A DNA stretch of 64,000 nt from a bacterium (GCA_028719205.1 JAQUKH010000008.1:1-64000), one strand, 5' to 3'. Counted from the stretch's first letter, positions 28,412-37,819 are shown. Notes: generated by a model not told the origin, from the sequence alone. Translations and numbers: made by a program.

Positions 28412-29219
28412 GTTGTAAGATTTTAACTATTTTTTCTAATGTATCGATAAAAGTTACCGGCGTGGGACTGCACAACGCGTAGGCGTCAAAAATATGGACC
28501 CTCTTATTTTTTACTGCCTTTAAAACTTTGTGTTCTTCCCATGCTTTTTTTTCTTCTTCGCTTGAGATCCCCATATCCGCTATAATTATCACATCCGGGT
28601 CATTTTTAAAAACCTCTTCACGCGAATAATATCCGATCTTCAGGCCTCTCGCGATATTTACCCCTCCGGCAAATTCTATAAAATCATTTCCGAATGAATC
28701 GGATGCCAAAGCGAATAAAGGTTTAGAACCCAACTCAACAAACACTGTTGTTTTTTGTCCTTTTTTAATTTTATTTCTGATCAATTCTACTTTATCTTTT
28801 GAATCCTTAATAATTTGTTCAGCTTCTTTTTTTTTGCCGACAAGCTCTCCAAGCTCTAAAAATTTTTCACAAAGATCATTGTAATCTTTAGCTAATGGAA
28901 ATTTTAAAACGTTTATACCTAAACTTTTTAATTTTGCCACCGCCTTAACATCCGTCAGATTCGTCGCTAAAACTAGATCCGGTTCTAAGCTTACGATCTT
29001 TTCGATATTAACCTCAATTACTGTCCCGACACGTTCAACTTTTTTCTCGATATTATCTGTTTTACAATATACCGTACAGCCTATGAGTTTAGCGGAAGCA
29101 TTTAAAAGACAGATCTCTTCCGTTAAAACCGGACCGAGGGAAATGATCCGCTCATAAGCAAAACCCGTTTTACAAAAACAAAATATATATACTATTCCTA
29201 TAATTAATAACTTTTTCAT
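28404..29219 (-). CDS. Cobalamin-binding periplasmic protein (BtuF-like)
   Basis: RIISLGP..TE, EKIVSLEPDLV and AGGVNI motifs. Confidence 0.85.
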   Translation of the reverse strand: MKKLLIIGIVYIFCFCKTGFAYERIISLGPVLTEEICLLNASAKLIGCTVYCKTDNIEKKVERVGTVIEVNIEKIVSLEPDLVLATNLTDVKAVAKLKSLGINVLKFPLAKDYNDLCEKFLELGELVGKKKEAEQIIKDSKDKVELIRNKIKKGQKTTVFVELGSKPLFALASDSFGNDFIEFAGGVNIARGLKIGYYSREEVFKNDPDVIIIADMGISSEEEKKAWEEHKVLKAVKNKRVHIFDAYALCSPTPVTFIDTLEKIVKILQHE

Positions 29220-30742
29220 ATTTTCATTGTTTTATATAAATAATCCATATCAATATTTTTCCTGATAACATCCGCCAATTTATCGAATTCCATGTCAACA
29301 TTGAAATCTGTTGTTTGAGATAATACCGGCCATCCTTTTTTTGATCTTATCCTGTTCAAAAAATCTCTTCTGAACGAATTATTATCAAAAATCCCATGCA
29401 GGTATGTTCCATAAACTTGTTTATTTCCTGAAACTATACCATCAAAATATCTTACTTTTTTACCATCACGTTCATTGATCTCAAATAAATGCGAATATTT
29501 GCCAATAACCTTCGTGCGGCCATGATGGATCTCATAACCATATATTTTTTCGCCGGAAAATAACTCTTTCCCTTTAACCTGCCTGAGTATCTTTTCTTTT
29601 TCAAGGCTTGTGACAACAGGTAAAACTCCCAAACCATCAGTTTTTTTGCAATTAGATTCCAAAGAATGACTATCCAGTATTTTTCTGCCGAGCATCTGGT
29701 AACCGCCGCAGATACCCAAAATAGTCACAAGTCTTAAGTCATAAGTCACAAGTATTTTTTCAGCAAAACCTGAATTTTTTAAATATTTTAGATCACCGAT
29801 CGTATTTTTTGTCCCTGGAAGAATTATAATGTCCGGACTACCTAATTCTTCCGGCCTTCTGACATATCGTAGCAAAACATCCGGCTCTTTTTCCAGCGGA
29901 TCAAAATCCGTGAAATTAGAAATATGCGGCAAATATATCACCGCTATATCTATTTTTTTTATCTTTTTACTTGTGACTTCCTCCACGGCGGACAAGTGTG
30001 ACTTGCAACTTGCAACTTCCAGTGGAACTGAATCCTCCTCCGGTATTCTTACATCCCGAAAATATGGAATTACTCCCAGTACTTTAATGCCAGTGCGTTT
30101 CTCCAAAAATCTTACACCCGGAGTAAGTAAATTAATATCCCCGCGAAATTTATTTATTATTATTCCTTTAATCCTTTTTCTTTCCTTTTTAGTCAATAAC
30201 TCCAGCGTTCCGACTACCCACGCCAAAGCCCCGCCTTTGTCGATGTCGCAAACTAAAATTACAGGCGCTTTGGCATATTCCGCCATTTTCATATTAACAA
30301 AATCATGTGACTTTAAATTTACCTCGGCCGGGCTTCCCGCCCCCTCGATCACAACTGCCTCATATTTATTGATCAACCTGTCAAACGATTCATGAACTGT
30401 TTTTATCAGGTCCTTTTTATGTTCTATATATTGGACAGCCTCCATATTCCTGAGCGGTTTACCCAATACAATTACCTGCGCGCCTGTATCGCTTGACGGT
30501 TTAATCAAAACCGGATTCATATCCACGGTCGGTTCAAGCCTCGATGCCTGCGCCTGAACTGCCTGCGCGCGGCCGATCTCACCGCCGCCCTTAGTTACAA
30601 ATGAATTAAGGGCCATGTTTTGCGCTTTAAAAGGAGCGACTCTAAAACCATCCTGCAAAAAAATACGGCATAATCCTGCCGTAATTACACTTTTGCCGAC
30701 ACCTGACCCGGTCCCGCAAATTTGAAGTGCTTTCCCTCTCAT
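29216..30742 (-). CDS. cobQ: Cobyric acid synthase
   Basis: GTGSGVGKS, PFKAQNM, EGAGSPAE, GICGGYQM, GYEIH and GTYLHG motifs. Confidence 0.95.
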   Translation of the reverse strand: MRGKALQICGTGSGVGKSVITAGLCRIFLQDGFRVAPFKAQNMALNSFVTKGGGEIGRAQAVQAQASRLEPTVDMNPVLIKPSSDTGAQVIVLGKPLRNMEAVQYIEHKKDLIKTVHESFDRLINKYEAVVIEGAGSPAEVNLKSHDFVNMKMAEYAKAPVILVCDIDKGGALAWVVGTLELLTKKERKRIKGIIINKFRGDINLLTPGVRFLEKRTGIKVLGVIPYFRDVRIPEEDSVPLEVASCKSHLSAVEEVTSKKIKKIDIAVIYLPHISNFTDFDPLEKEPDVLLRYVRRPEELGSPDIIILPGTKNTIGDLKYLKNSGFAEKILVTYDLRLVTILGICGGYQMLGRKILDSHSLESNCKKTDGLGVLPVVTSLEKEKILRQVKGKELFSGEKIYGYEIHHGRTKVIGKYSHLFEINERDGKKVRYFDGIVSGNKQVYGTYLHGIFDNNSFRRDFLNRIRSKKGWPVLSQTTDFNVDMEFDKLADVIRKNIDMDYLYKTMKI

Positions 30743-31488
30743 TTAAAACATCCTTCAATTATAATTAGACCAAAAAATAAAACCATAATTTCGCTGATCT
30801 CACTTACCGCCCCTATCGTATCCCCTGTCATCCCGCCTATTTTTTTCTTAAACCAATTTACTATAAGTAATATTACTACTGCTGACAAAATAAATATTAT
30901 TATCCCATTGATCTTTAATAATACCGCGAATAAACCCGCTGTAAAGATCAGCCCGAAAATCAATTGTGTTAAGGTTGTTTTTCCCACAAAATGCCTAGCC
31001 TTGCCTTCTTTCCGCGGATACTTAGTCTTATAGCAGGCAACAACCTGCATAAACTTACTGAACACCGCCATTAAAAAAATTATTTTCCATAAATTTCCCA
31101 ATATCAGTAAACTCAACAAAAGTGAATATTTAAAAATTAACAGGCACACTATGCCAATAACACCCATCGCTCCGACATGGCTGTCTTTCATGATCTCCAG
31201 GATCTTTTCGGGCGGGTTATTTCCATAAAAACCGTCACAGGTATCAATAAAACCGTCCAGATGCATACCGCCGTAAATAAAAATTGAAATGATCAGAATT
31301 AACGCGCTTTCAACATATATTGGCAAAGATCTTAATATGAAAAGGCTTAATACCAGAACCAGCCCAATGAGCACACCAACGACCGGAAAATATATCAAAG
31401 ATTTACCAAAATCTTCTTCCTTTAACTCACCATTTATCTTAATAGGAAAAATGGTTAAAAATTGTAAGGCGATTAAAAAATGTTTCAT
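30739..31488 (-). CDS. cobS: Adenosylcobinamide-GDP ribazoletransferase
   Basis: LQFLT, HLDGFIDTCDG, MKDSHVG and GGMTGDTIGA motifs. Confidence 0.95.
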   Translation of the reverse strand: MKHFLIALQFLTIFPIKINGELKEEDFGKSLIYFPVVGVLIGLVLVLSLFILRSLPIYVESALILIISIFIYGGMHLDGFIDTCDGFYGNNPPEKILEIMKDSHVGAMGVIGIVCLLIFKYSLLLSLLILGNLWKIIFLMAVFSKFMQVVACYKTKYPRKEGKARHFVGKTTLTQLIFGLIFTAGLFAVLLKINGIIIFILSAVVILLIVNWFKKKIGGMTGDTIGAVSEISEIMVLFFGLIIIEGCFK

Positions 31489-31502
31489 ATAAATTACCAG
31501 TA

Positions 31503-31685
31503 ATATTTTGCCTAAAATTTTTGAGCGACTTAAAACATTTTTGTTAATAAATCTTAGCGAAATTTTGGAATTTCGATTTCCACGAACCCAGATTTGCTAC
31601 TTGATAGGATTGTGGAAATCGTCCAAAATAAGCTTAGATTTATAAAAAATGTTGCCCGGAGCGAAAAAATATTTAGGCAAAATAA
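31503..31685. repeat. ~180-bp imperfect palindrome (MITE-like) between cobT and cobS
   Basis: Terminal tattttgcctaaa/tttaggcaaaata; inner aacattttt/aaaaatgtt, taaatct/agattta, attttgga/tccaaaat and cgatttccac/gtggaaatcg. Confidence 0.8.
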
Positions 31686-31688
31686 ATA

Positions 31689-32765
31689 TTATTTTTTCTC
31701 CGACACTCCCGCGTGTTCAAACGTTGCCATCTGAGTTAAAATTTTGACGCTCGCGTCAATGATCCCTATCCCCAATGCCGCGCCGGTTCCTTCTCCCAAA
31801 CGCAAATTAAAATCCAGTACCGGAGTTAATCCGATAAAATCAAGCGTAACTTTATGGCCTCTTTCTACTGAACAATGTGAGGCGATCATGTAGTCTTTTG
31901 TTTTTGGTTCTATTGAGAACGCGACAAGCGCGGCGGCGCCTGAAATAAATCCGTCGATAACAACCGGAACTCTTTTTGAAGCAGCTGCTAAAATTACCCC
32001 GGCTAAGCCTCCGATCTCAAAACCGCCGACCTTAGACAAAACATCTATCCCGTCTTTCGAGTCAGGTTTATTCACCAAAAGCCCTTTTTTTATTATCTCA
32101 ATTTTATGACTTAATCCTTTATCATCAATACCAGTTCCTCTTCCTGTTATATCTTCAACCTTAGCACCTGTTATAACCGAAACTATCGCGCTGGAAGCCG
32201 TAGTATTACCGATCCCCATATCCCCGGTTCCCACAATATCAATACCATTATTCGCAAATTCTTCCTCAAAAACCTCTATTCCCGCCTCGATAGACCTTAT
32301 GGCCTCATCCCTTGCCATCGCCGCCCCCTTCGCAAAATTCTTCGTCCCAAAATTTATCTTCTTGTTCTTAAAACTTTTGACTTGTGACTTGTGACTTGTG
32401 ACTTTTATTTCTTCCGCCACTCCCATATCCACCACCACAACCCTGGCCCCAACATGATTTGCCAATACATTAATCCCCGCCCCACCGTTCAAAAAATTAT
32501 AAACCATTTGCGGGGTTACCTCTTTCGGGAAAGCACTTACACCTTCTTCAGTTATCCCGTGGTCTGCCGCCATTGTAAAAATTACTTTATTTTTTAAAGA
32601 AGGATTATCCTTTTTTGTAATTTCAACTACCTGTTTTGCCAGATCTTCGAGCTTACCAAGGCTCCCCTGCGGTTTGGTCAGAAAATCCAGTCTCTTTTGA
32701 GTTTTTTCCGCCATTGAAAAATCAATTTGATCGATCCTGCTTATTGTTTCATCTAATTTTCGCAT
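31689..32765 (-). CDS. cobT: Nicotinate-nucleotide--dimethylbenzimidazole phosphoribosyltransferase
   Basis: LTKPQGSLGKLE, AADHG, GDMGIGNTT, GGFEI and LRLGEGTGA motifs. Confidence 0.95.
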   Translation of the reverse strand: MRKLDETISRIDQIDFSMAEKTQKRLDFLTKPQGSLGKLEDLAKQVVEITKKDNPSLKNKVIFTMAADHGITEEGVSAFPKEVTPQMVYNFLNGGAGINVLANHVGARVVVVDMGVAEEIKVTSHKSQVKSFKNKKINFGTKNFAKGAAMARDEAIRSIEAGIEVFEEEFANNGIDIVGTGDMGIGNTTASSAIVSVITGAKVEDITGRGTGIDDKGLSHKIEIIKKGLLVNKPDSKDGIDVLSKVGGFEIGGLAGVILAAASKRVPVVIDGFISGAAALVAFSIEPKTKDYMIASHCSVERGHKVTLDFIGLTPVLDFNLRLGEGTGAALGIGIIDASVKILTQMATFEHAGVSEKK

Positions 32766-33001
32766 TCAGCCTCCGTTATATTCTTTCTGATTATATTAAA
32801 GATCATATCTACTGTTTTCTTTCTATGTATCCAATTACACTCCTGGCAGGACCATATATTTCTCTTTGTTTTACTTGAATAAGTATATTCCCCGCGATTT
32901 TCATCTTTACAGGGATAGAAGGGGCAATAACAAAAGGTGCAATCCTCTAATCCTTTGTGACATGGATAGTATTTACAAAATTTATTCGCTCTGCTTATCA
33001 T
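32753..33001 (-). CDS. Cysteine-rich small domain protein (zf-like, often cob-associated)
   Basis: CKYYPCH..CTFCYCPFYPC..WSCQECNWIH. Confidence 0.8.
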   Translation of the reverse strand: MISRANKFCKYYPCHKGLEDCTFCYCPFYPCKDENRGEYTYSSKTKRNIWSCQECNWIHRKKTVDMIFNIIRKNITEAECEN

Positions 33002-33017
33002 TTTTTGCTCCCTTATT

Positions 33018-33581
33018 TTACCACCCCTTTATCCCCTCCTTACCAAGGAGGGGACTTAGGGGAAGTTTTATTTTTACCGGTATTCCTGCCTGCATAAAAA
33101 TCACTTCATCCGCATTTTTTGCCATTATTTGATTCCCAAATCCGACCAGATCCGCGAAACGCCTTCCCAGCGGATTATCAGGAACTAAACTGCTTCCTAC
33201 GTCATTTGAAACCAGAATTATATTCTGCTTTTTTTTTGAAATAACCTGCGCAAGTATTTTTATTTTTTTTGTTATTTGGCTATCAGTTATCCCTTTATAC
33301 ATCAAGTTAGATATCAAAAGACCCAGGCAATCAATTATTACCACATCATATCCGACTATAAGCCGTTCCACAACTTCAGCTACATTTTCATTTTCTTCTA
33401 TTGTTTTCCAGAATTTCGGCCTTGATGATTTATGAAGTTTAATACGCTTTTTCATCTCTTCATCTGAGGCGCTTGCTGTCGCGATAAAGGCTGCTTTTTT
33501 ACTCAGTTTTTTTGCCAATTGGACAGCATAAGAACTTTTTCCGCTTCTTATCCCGCCAAAAATAAAAATAAATTTTTTCAT
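33018..33581 (-). CDS. cobU: Adenosylcobinamide kinase/guanylyltransferase
   Basis: GGIRSGKS, ATA, DEEM..RI..H, IDCL and VSNDVG motifs; start moved to 33581. Confidence 0.95.
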   Translation of the reverse strand: MKKFIFIFGGIRSGKSSYAVQLAKKLSKKAAFIATASASDEEMKKRIKLHKSSRPKFWKTIEENENVAEVVERLIVGYDVVIIDCLGLLISNLMYKGITDSQITKKIKILAQVISKKKQNIILVSNDVGSSLVPDNPLGRRFADLVGFGNQIMAKNADEVIFMQAGIPVKIKLPLSPLLGKEGIKGW

Positions 33582-33623
33582 AAAACCCCGAACGCCCCTA
33601 TCCCCTAAAGGGGAACTATAAAA

Positions 33624-33664
33624 TAAAAAACCCTTAGCACCAAAAAATATTGATGCTAAGGGTT
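33624..33664 (-). terminator. Intrinsic terminator (riboswitch expression platform)
   Basis: AACCCTTAGCA-loop-TGCTAAGGGTT followed by a T tract, between the aptamer and cobU. Confidence 0.8.
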
Positions 33665-33754
33665 GCACCCTGATTTAACTTCACCCTTTCCTCGAGGAAA
33701 TAAATAGTACTTAAGACTTCCGCTCTTCCGAGCTTCCGACTTCCGCGCTATTCT

Positions 33755-33928
33755 TACAGGCAGGTATTCTGGCTTCCCAGCCCTTCCGGCTTACCTTCCC
33801 ATCCCGATTTACATCAAAACAGTGGTATACATCTTCGCCAAAAGAGTTTCTCCCAATTTTACATCAAGAGACTGGATTACAGCGGCGGGACCGCGCCGGT
33901 TTCTAACCGGCTTCCCTAGCCTATATTC
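33755..33928 (-). ncRNA. Cobalamin riboswitch (long, class I-like)
   Basis: AGGGAAGCCGGT..AAACCGGCGCGGTCCCGCCGCTGT...CCACTG...GGGAAGG...AGCCAGAATACCTGCC (B12 box). Confidence 0.92.
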
Positions 33929-33935
33929 ATAAGTT

Positions 33936-33963
33936 ATTATATAGAAAAACAAAAAATTGTCAA
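33936..33963 (-). promoter_or_regulatory. Sigma70 promoter of the cob operon
   Basis: TTGACA-16 bp-TATAAT immediately upstream of the riboswitch. Confidence 0.75.
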
Positions 33964-33987
33964 TGTTAAAAATTTCAGGTGTTTTAT

Positions 33988-34728
33988 TTACTTCACCTCA
34001 ACAGAAGCCGAAGGATCAAAAGGATTCGTCCGGATAGCAAGTGAAAAAAGGTATGGATATTTATCTTTCAGGTGTTTCATGTAGTCCAGCCACTCGGCGA
34101 TCAAAAGGATATAAGCCCTTTTTATGTCTCCCTCAAGGTGTTCAGAATCTGCGTCTGTTAATTTTTTAACATCTTCCCTTTTCGTCAATTCTTCTGTCAG
34201 GTGGAAAACAGCCCAGAGAAGTTCTGTAAATGTTTCGTGCTCCAGTAAATTCGGATTTTGTAAAATTAACAAAAGAAAATTTCTTTTTTCAACCAGAAAA
34301 GAGCGCAGCCCTTCCAGATTGCCTTTCTGAATTTCAATTTGATGTTCATAATTTCGTATTTTTTTACTGACAATAATAAATTCACCTTCAGGCCAATTCT
34401 TAATTGATTTGAATTCCTGTGATATCTTTTCAGTCTGAGGGCTAAACTCCGAACCATATTCCAATAATTTTGTCCCCACTTCGCTGAAAAACGCGCCTAT
34501 CACCATGTTCATTTTATTAAGCATCACTTTTTTTTCACGTTCATCTAAGAACCGTTCGATAATAAACGTAACCAGTAAAACTTCGATCGGGATGAACGCT
34601 ATATCACCGACCAGATAAAGAAAAATATGATGAGCGTCCCTGAAGATCAGGTAATGTATAAAATAAAAAACAGCTGAAAGCCCTATTAAAAACAAACCGA
34701 ATAATATCTGCCATTTAAACCGTTTCAT
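33988..34728 (-). CDS. Conserved hypothetical membrane protein
   Basis: Two N-terminal TM helices; NPNLLEHETFTELLWAVFHL and YPYLFS..RTNPF segments. Confidence 0.75.
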   Translation of the reverse strand: MKRFKWQILFGLFLIGLSAVFYFIHYLIFRDAHHIFLYLVGDIAFIPIEVLLVTFIIERFLDEREKKVMLNKMNMVIGAFFSEVGTKLLEYGSEFSPQTEKISQEFKSIKNWPEGEFIIVSKKIRNYEHQIEIQKGNLEGLRSFLVEKRNFLLLILQNPNLLEHETFTELLWAVFHLTEELTKREDVKKLTDADSEHLEGDIKRAYILLIAEWLDYMKHLKDKYPYLFSLAIRTNPFDPSASVEVK

Positions 34729-34732
34729 AATT

Positions 34733-35326
34733 CTAATTTGACCATCTTTTATAAAGGTTATGTTCAATATCTAATGAATCTAAAACCCTGCCCGCGACAA
34801 AATTCGCGAGATCATCGAACGATTCAGGCCGGTTATAAAAAGCAGGCATGGCGGGCAATATTATCCCTCCGGCATTGGAAATCTTCAGCATATTTTCCAG
34901 ATGTATTGAGCTTAGAGGTGTTTCACGGGGAACCAGGATCAATTTTCTTCTTTCCTTTAAAATAACATCCGCGGCTCTTTCGATCAGACTTGAGGATACC
35001 CCTGAGGCTATCCTCCCAATACAACCCATGCTCGCGGGGATCACAACCATTCCGTCTGTCTTGAAAGAACCGCTTGAGATCGAGGCGTGAAAATCGGTAT
35101 TTTCAATATACTCAATATTTTTGTTTTTGAAATAATTTATAAAATATTTCCCTAATTTCTCTTTTTTCGGCAGTTTAACCGCTAATTCATGCCCAAAAAT
35201 AGCTAAACCGGTGTCTGAAAAAAGAAGAAATATTTTAGCATTAGCCCTGCTAACGCCCTCTATTAATTTCTTCGCGTAAATTGAGCCGCTTGCTCCTGTT
35301 ACCGCTATAATATATTTTTTATTGAT
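34733..35326 (-). CDS. ubiX: Flavin prenyltransferase UbiX, apparent ATC start
   Basis: The frame is open upstream of the tracked ORF and includes the N-terminal AVTGASGSIYA motif; also ISSGS, LKERRKLILVPRETP and PAMPAFY. AGGAGG lies 7 nt before ATC. Confidence 0.88.
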   Translation of the reverse strand: MNKKYIIAVTGASGSIYAKKLIEGVSRANAKIFLLFSDTGLAIFGHELAVKLPKKEKLGKYFINYFKNKNIEYIENTDFHASISSGSFKTDGMVVIPASMGCIGRIASGVSSSLIERAADVILKERRKLILVPRETPLSSIHLENMLKISNAGGIILPAMPAFYNRPESFDDLANFVAGRVLDSLDIEHNLYKRWSN

Positions 35327-35373
35327 CTTTTACCCTCCTGATAACAGTTTCATTATATTCCAATATTCAATAT

Positions 35374-35401
35374 TTGACAAATAGTATTTTTATGCTATAA
35401 T
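35374..35401 (+). promoter_or_regulatory. Consensus sigma70 promoter
   Basis: TTGACA-16 bp-TATAAT with extended TG. Confidence 0.75.
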
Positions 35402-35450
35402 CTTTGTTTTTAAGAAGAAAATATTATGTATTTAACAAGAGGAGAATACA

Positions 35451-36908
35451 ATGCTTAAATATATGCGAAACAATTTAAAAGTTATTATGTGGATAATTAT
35501 CGGGGCATTTTTAGGTACAATATTCGTGTCATGGGGGATGGGTGGTATACAACAGCAGCAAAACATTGCCGCTAAAATTAACGGTACAAAAATTCCTCTT
35601 ACGGAATATTATGAAATTTTAAACCGCTATTATGATTTTTATCGTAAGATCTATGGAAAAAATTTCAGTCCTGAACTTCTCAAAAAATTGAACGTTGAAA
35701 AAATGGCAATGGATCAGGTTATTAAAGACACAATAATTGATAAAAAAGCAGAAGAATTGGGATTGTCCGTCTCCGACGAAGAAGTAGTGAATTATATTAA
35801 AAGTTTTGATATCTTCCAAACAGACGGAAAGTTCGACCCCAGAAAATTCTCACAGGCAAGCCAGTTCATGGAAGCTAACGGGAAAAAAGTTGATTGGATT
35901 GAAAAAGAAAGACAGGTTAGAAAAGATATAATCCGGAAAAAAATGGAAGAAATTATCAAAGACGGGATCACGGTTTCAGATAAAGAAATTGAATTCCGGT
36001 ACTTATATGAAAATGAAGAAATTAAAGCCAGTTATATTTTTATAGACCCTAAAGCATTTCTGACTGAAAAAAAGATCAAAGAATATTATTCTAAAAATGA
36101 AAAACAATTTGAAGAACCGGAAAAAGTAAAGGCCAGCCATATACTTTTTATGGTAAAAAACAGCGATAACGCAACTGAAGAAAGAGAAGCCAGGAACAAG
36201 GCGGAAAAAGTCATGGCTGAAATAAAAAAAGGCCAGGATTTTGCCAAATTAGCTAAGACATATTCTGAAGATTCATCCAAAGAAAAAGGCGGTGATTTAG
36301 GTTATTTTTCCAGAGGGACAATGGACGCGAATTTTGAAAGAGCGGCCTTTGCGTTAAAAATAGGCGAAGTAAGCCAGATCATCCGCTCGGAATATGGTTT
36401 TCATATTATAAAATTACTTGGCAGAAAAGAAGCTCAAATCAAACCATTTGAAGAAGTTAAAGAAAATATAAAATACGCGGCTGTAACTGATGAAGAAAAA
36501 AATCAGGCAAAAAAACAAGCTGAAGAGATATCTAAAAAAATACTCGCTGAAAAAGATCTGAGTAAGTCGGCTGGAAGCTTTAAAATACCTGTAATAAACT
36601 TAGACTACTTCAATCGTTCCAAATTTATTTCCGGAATTTACGACAACAAGAAATTCAAAGAAGGCGCTTTCAAATTATCAAAGGGAAGTATCAGCCCTTT
36701 AATTGAAACAGAAGACGGATTTTATTTTATAAAACTTCTTGAAAGAAAACAAGTGAATCTGGAAAAATTTACCCAGACAAAAGATGAATTAAAGAACAAG
36801 ATATTGCAGGAGAAAAAAGACTCATATCTTGAGAATTGGTTTGAAGATATCAGGAAAAAGTCAGATATTAAATTATATATTAATCCTGGAAGAGAACAGG
36901 CAATATAA
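35451..36908 (+). CDS. SurA/PpiD-like parvulin peptidyl-prolyl isomerase
   Basis: N-terminal TM, SurA_N-like region, ASHIL, GGDLGYF and YGFHII motifs. Confidence 0.9.
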   Translation: MLKYMRNNLKVIMWIIIGAFLGTIFVSWGMGGIQQQQNIAAKINGTKIPLTEYYEILNRYYDFYRKIYGKNFSPELLKKLNVEKMAMDQVIKDTIIDKKAEELGLSVSDEEVVNYIKSFDIFQTDGKFDPRKFSQASQFMEANGKKVDWIEKERQVRKDIIRKKMEEIIKDGITVSDKEIEFRYLYENEEIKASYIFIDPKAFLTEKKIKEYYSKNEKQFEEPEKVKASHILFMVKNSDNATEEREARNKAEKVMAEIKKGQDFAKLAKTYSEDSSKEKGGDLGYFSRGTMDANFERAAFALKIGEVSQIIRSEYGFHIIKLLGRKEAQIKPFEEVKENIKYAAVTDEEKNQAKKQAEEISKKILAEKDLSKSAGSFKIPVINLDYFNRSKFISGIYDNKKFKEGAFKLSKGSISPLIETEDGFYFIKLLERKQVNLEKFTQTKDELKNKILQEKKDSYLENWFEDIRKKSDIKLYINPGREQAI

Positions 36909-36910
36909 AA

Positions 36911-36933
36911 AGCAGGGAGCGCCGCTCCCTGCT
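36911..36933. terminator. Hairpin between convergent genes
   Basis: agcagggagc-gcc-gctccctgct. Confidence 0.7.
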
Positions 36934-37819
36934 AATTTCCTTCATAGGGCGACAACTTTATACGTTTAGCCATTTCACGCAAAATATCATAATCTTTGTC
37001 ATCAACTTCTATAAAACCGTCAAGCCACGCGCGCTTTAATATTGATAAATGCTCATCTCCCACTTCTACAGTATCTTCCTTTTTAATTCCGATCATTATA
37101 TCTTTTACCTGTTTGATCAAAACATCATCAATTTCTTTTCTCGCGGCTAAAGTACAATAGCTGATCATCTCTGACTTCGCGATAATACGAAAATCATCCG
37201 GCGCGAATTTTTTGTCCGCTATCGCCTCCCTGAGATCCTCCAATGGAGCCGCGCCGGCATCAAAAGCCTGATAAAAAACAGCATAAAGCACCTTTTCATG
37301 TTTAAAAGAGCCCTGTGGAATAGCATAAAAAGCCAAGTCCTTTTCAGGATCAACACCATTCTTCTTCAGCAAATCATAGATAGCCAAAAATCCCGCAGGA
37401 GCGAATTCAGGGCCGAAAATAAATTTCTTATCCTTAAGGTCTGAAATATTTTTAATCTTGCTTTCATTTTTAACAATTATCGTCCCTATCGTATTTTTCC
37501 CCTCGGGCCCTCTTTTCTCGCCAACAACAAGTTTCGCCTGATAATTTTTCTTTAAAATAATATACATAACGGAATTGGCATGTATAAAATCAACCTTTTT
37601 ATCGCGAAACGCGTCTTCTACATCATAGGTATTCAAATAAACCGACTCGAATTTTTTCCCGGTCTTTTTGCTTAAATAATTTGTCAGCGGCTGGAATCTC
37701 TCCTCGGTTTCTTTCAGGCTATTGCAAACCATATAACCGATCTTAACTGTTTCTTCCGCCCATAGATTTTTGCAAATGCCAATAATCAAAAAAAATATTA
37801 AAATTATTTTTTTATTCAT
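36932..37819 (-). CDS. PhnD/phosphonate-type substrate-binding protein
   Basis: Signal peptide; FQPL..YL, DLKDK and DAGAA segments; YMVCNS. Confidence 0.75.
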   Translation of the reverse strand: MNKKIILIFFLIIGICKNLWAEETVKIGYMVCNSLKETEERFQPLTNYLSKKTGKKFESVYLNTYDVEDAFRDKKVDFIHANSVMYIILKKNYQAKLVVGEKRGPEGKNTIGTIIVKNESKIKNISDLKDKKFIFGPEFAPAGFLAIYDLLKKNGVDPEKDLAFYAIPQGSFKHEKVLYAVFYQAFDAGAAPLEDLREAIADKKFAPDDFRIIAKSEMISYCTLAARKEIDDVLIKQVKDIMIGIKKEDTVEVGDEHLSILKRAWLDGFIEVDDKDYDILREMAKRIKLSPYEGN

